From Psammoneis japonica (lineage: Eukaryota): a stretch of DNA of 64,000 nucleotides. The notes below the pieces were generated by a model that saw only the letters and a program-made list of their open reading frames with translations, was not told the origin of the DNA and searched no databases. The position numbers and the translations under genes are program-made. This document shows positions 63,387 through 64,000 of this stretch, piece after piece. The stretch's first letter is position 1, and each line of letters begins with the position of its first letter. The DNA is taken from assembly GCA_008632985.1 (NCBI GenBank), contig QPGO01000103.1, positions 124,001 to 188,000 on the forward strand, written 5' to 3'.

Positions 63387-64000
63387 TTAGAGCAATTGCT
63401 TCCTCACAGATTCCATGCAGTGTCCACTTGCACAGTCCATTTGGTCATCCTGCGCCATGAAATGTTCCCTGGCAGCCACAATCGCCTGCTGAAAGTCGGC
63501 GCTGTGGTCAGGCTGGTTGACAGCCACCAATTGTGCCTCGATTTGCAATGCCAACTGCAGGACCCTTTCTCTTGCCACGGCTTCTTCGTCCATGGCCCGG
63601 ATCGCGGTCCATGTCCCTCCCCGCATTTGATCTGTGCCTGGCCACAGATCATGCAAAGCTTGCCACTGTTGCTGCAAGGCAACGTCTTTCCTTCTCAAAT
63701 CGTCAGGGCCCCTGGAGCAACGTGATTGCAGCCTTCAGGACGCGCAGCGGCTGTGTTAGATGTCGCCTTCGAAGGAGTGGCACGGCATGGCGGTGGATGG
63801 ATTTGTTGATGCTGTTGATTGCAGATTGCTCCCTCTCCACTGCTCTGTTGGCGTCTGTGTCAGAATTTGCCCTGAGGCTTCTCAGAAGCAACGTCGAGTC
63901 ACAGCTGTGCAGCATGTGCAGCCTTGACTCTGATTTTTGATGTCCCGCAATGGAGATTGGGAGCCCCAATTCTTTTGCGTCAAATGCGTCACCGTGAAGA
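63387..64000 (-). pseudogene. Helical/coiled-coil ORF remnant convergent on the transposase, probably part of the same element
   Basis: ORFs 63387..63698 and 63703..63969 are Ala/Gln/Arg-rich, lack Tyr and share the TpA-free composition. Confidence 0.4.

Overview
Eukaryotic nuclear DNA, most likely a pennate diatom. This is inferred from short GT-AG introns, bipartite plastid-type presequences, a CBS/PB1-tailed class-29-like myosin and diatom-type transposons. Bases 1-48,100 are gene-dense: organellar IF-2, a PDZ protein, a secreted Cys-phosphatase, pyruvate dehydrogenase E2, myosin, thioredoxin, a TPR pseudogene, IMPDH, a VWA/alpha2delta-like protein, two MFS transporters, an ICMT-like protein, and a ~2,800-aa ZNFX1-like helicase fused to three CbbX/SpoVK-type AAA+ modules. 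Many conserved genes carry single-base frameshifts, probably consensus errors. From ~48,150 to the end lies a nested transposon block: hairpins, a TIR element, a Harbinger remnant, duplicated unknown repeats and a Plavaka element. The strongest signal is in this block. TpA is almost eliminated after ~49,050 and conserved Tyr codons have become Cys or His. This points to repeat-targeted A:T>G:C hypermutation at TpA, opposite in direction to fungal RIP, overlaid on CpG decay. All dinucleotide observations were made by eye, not computed.
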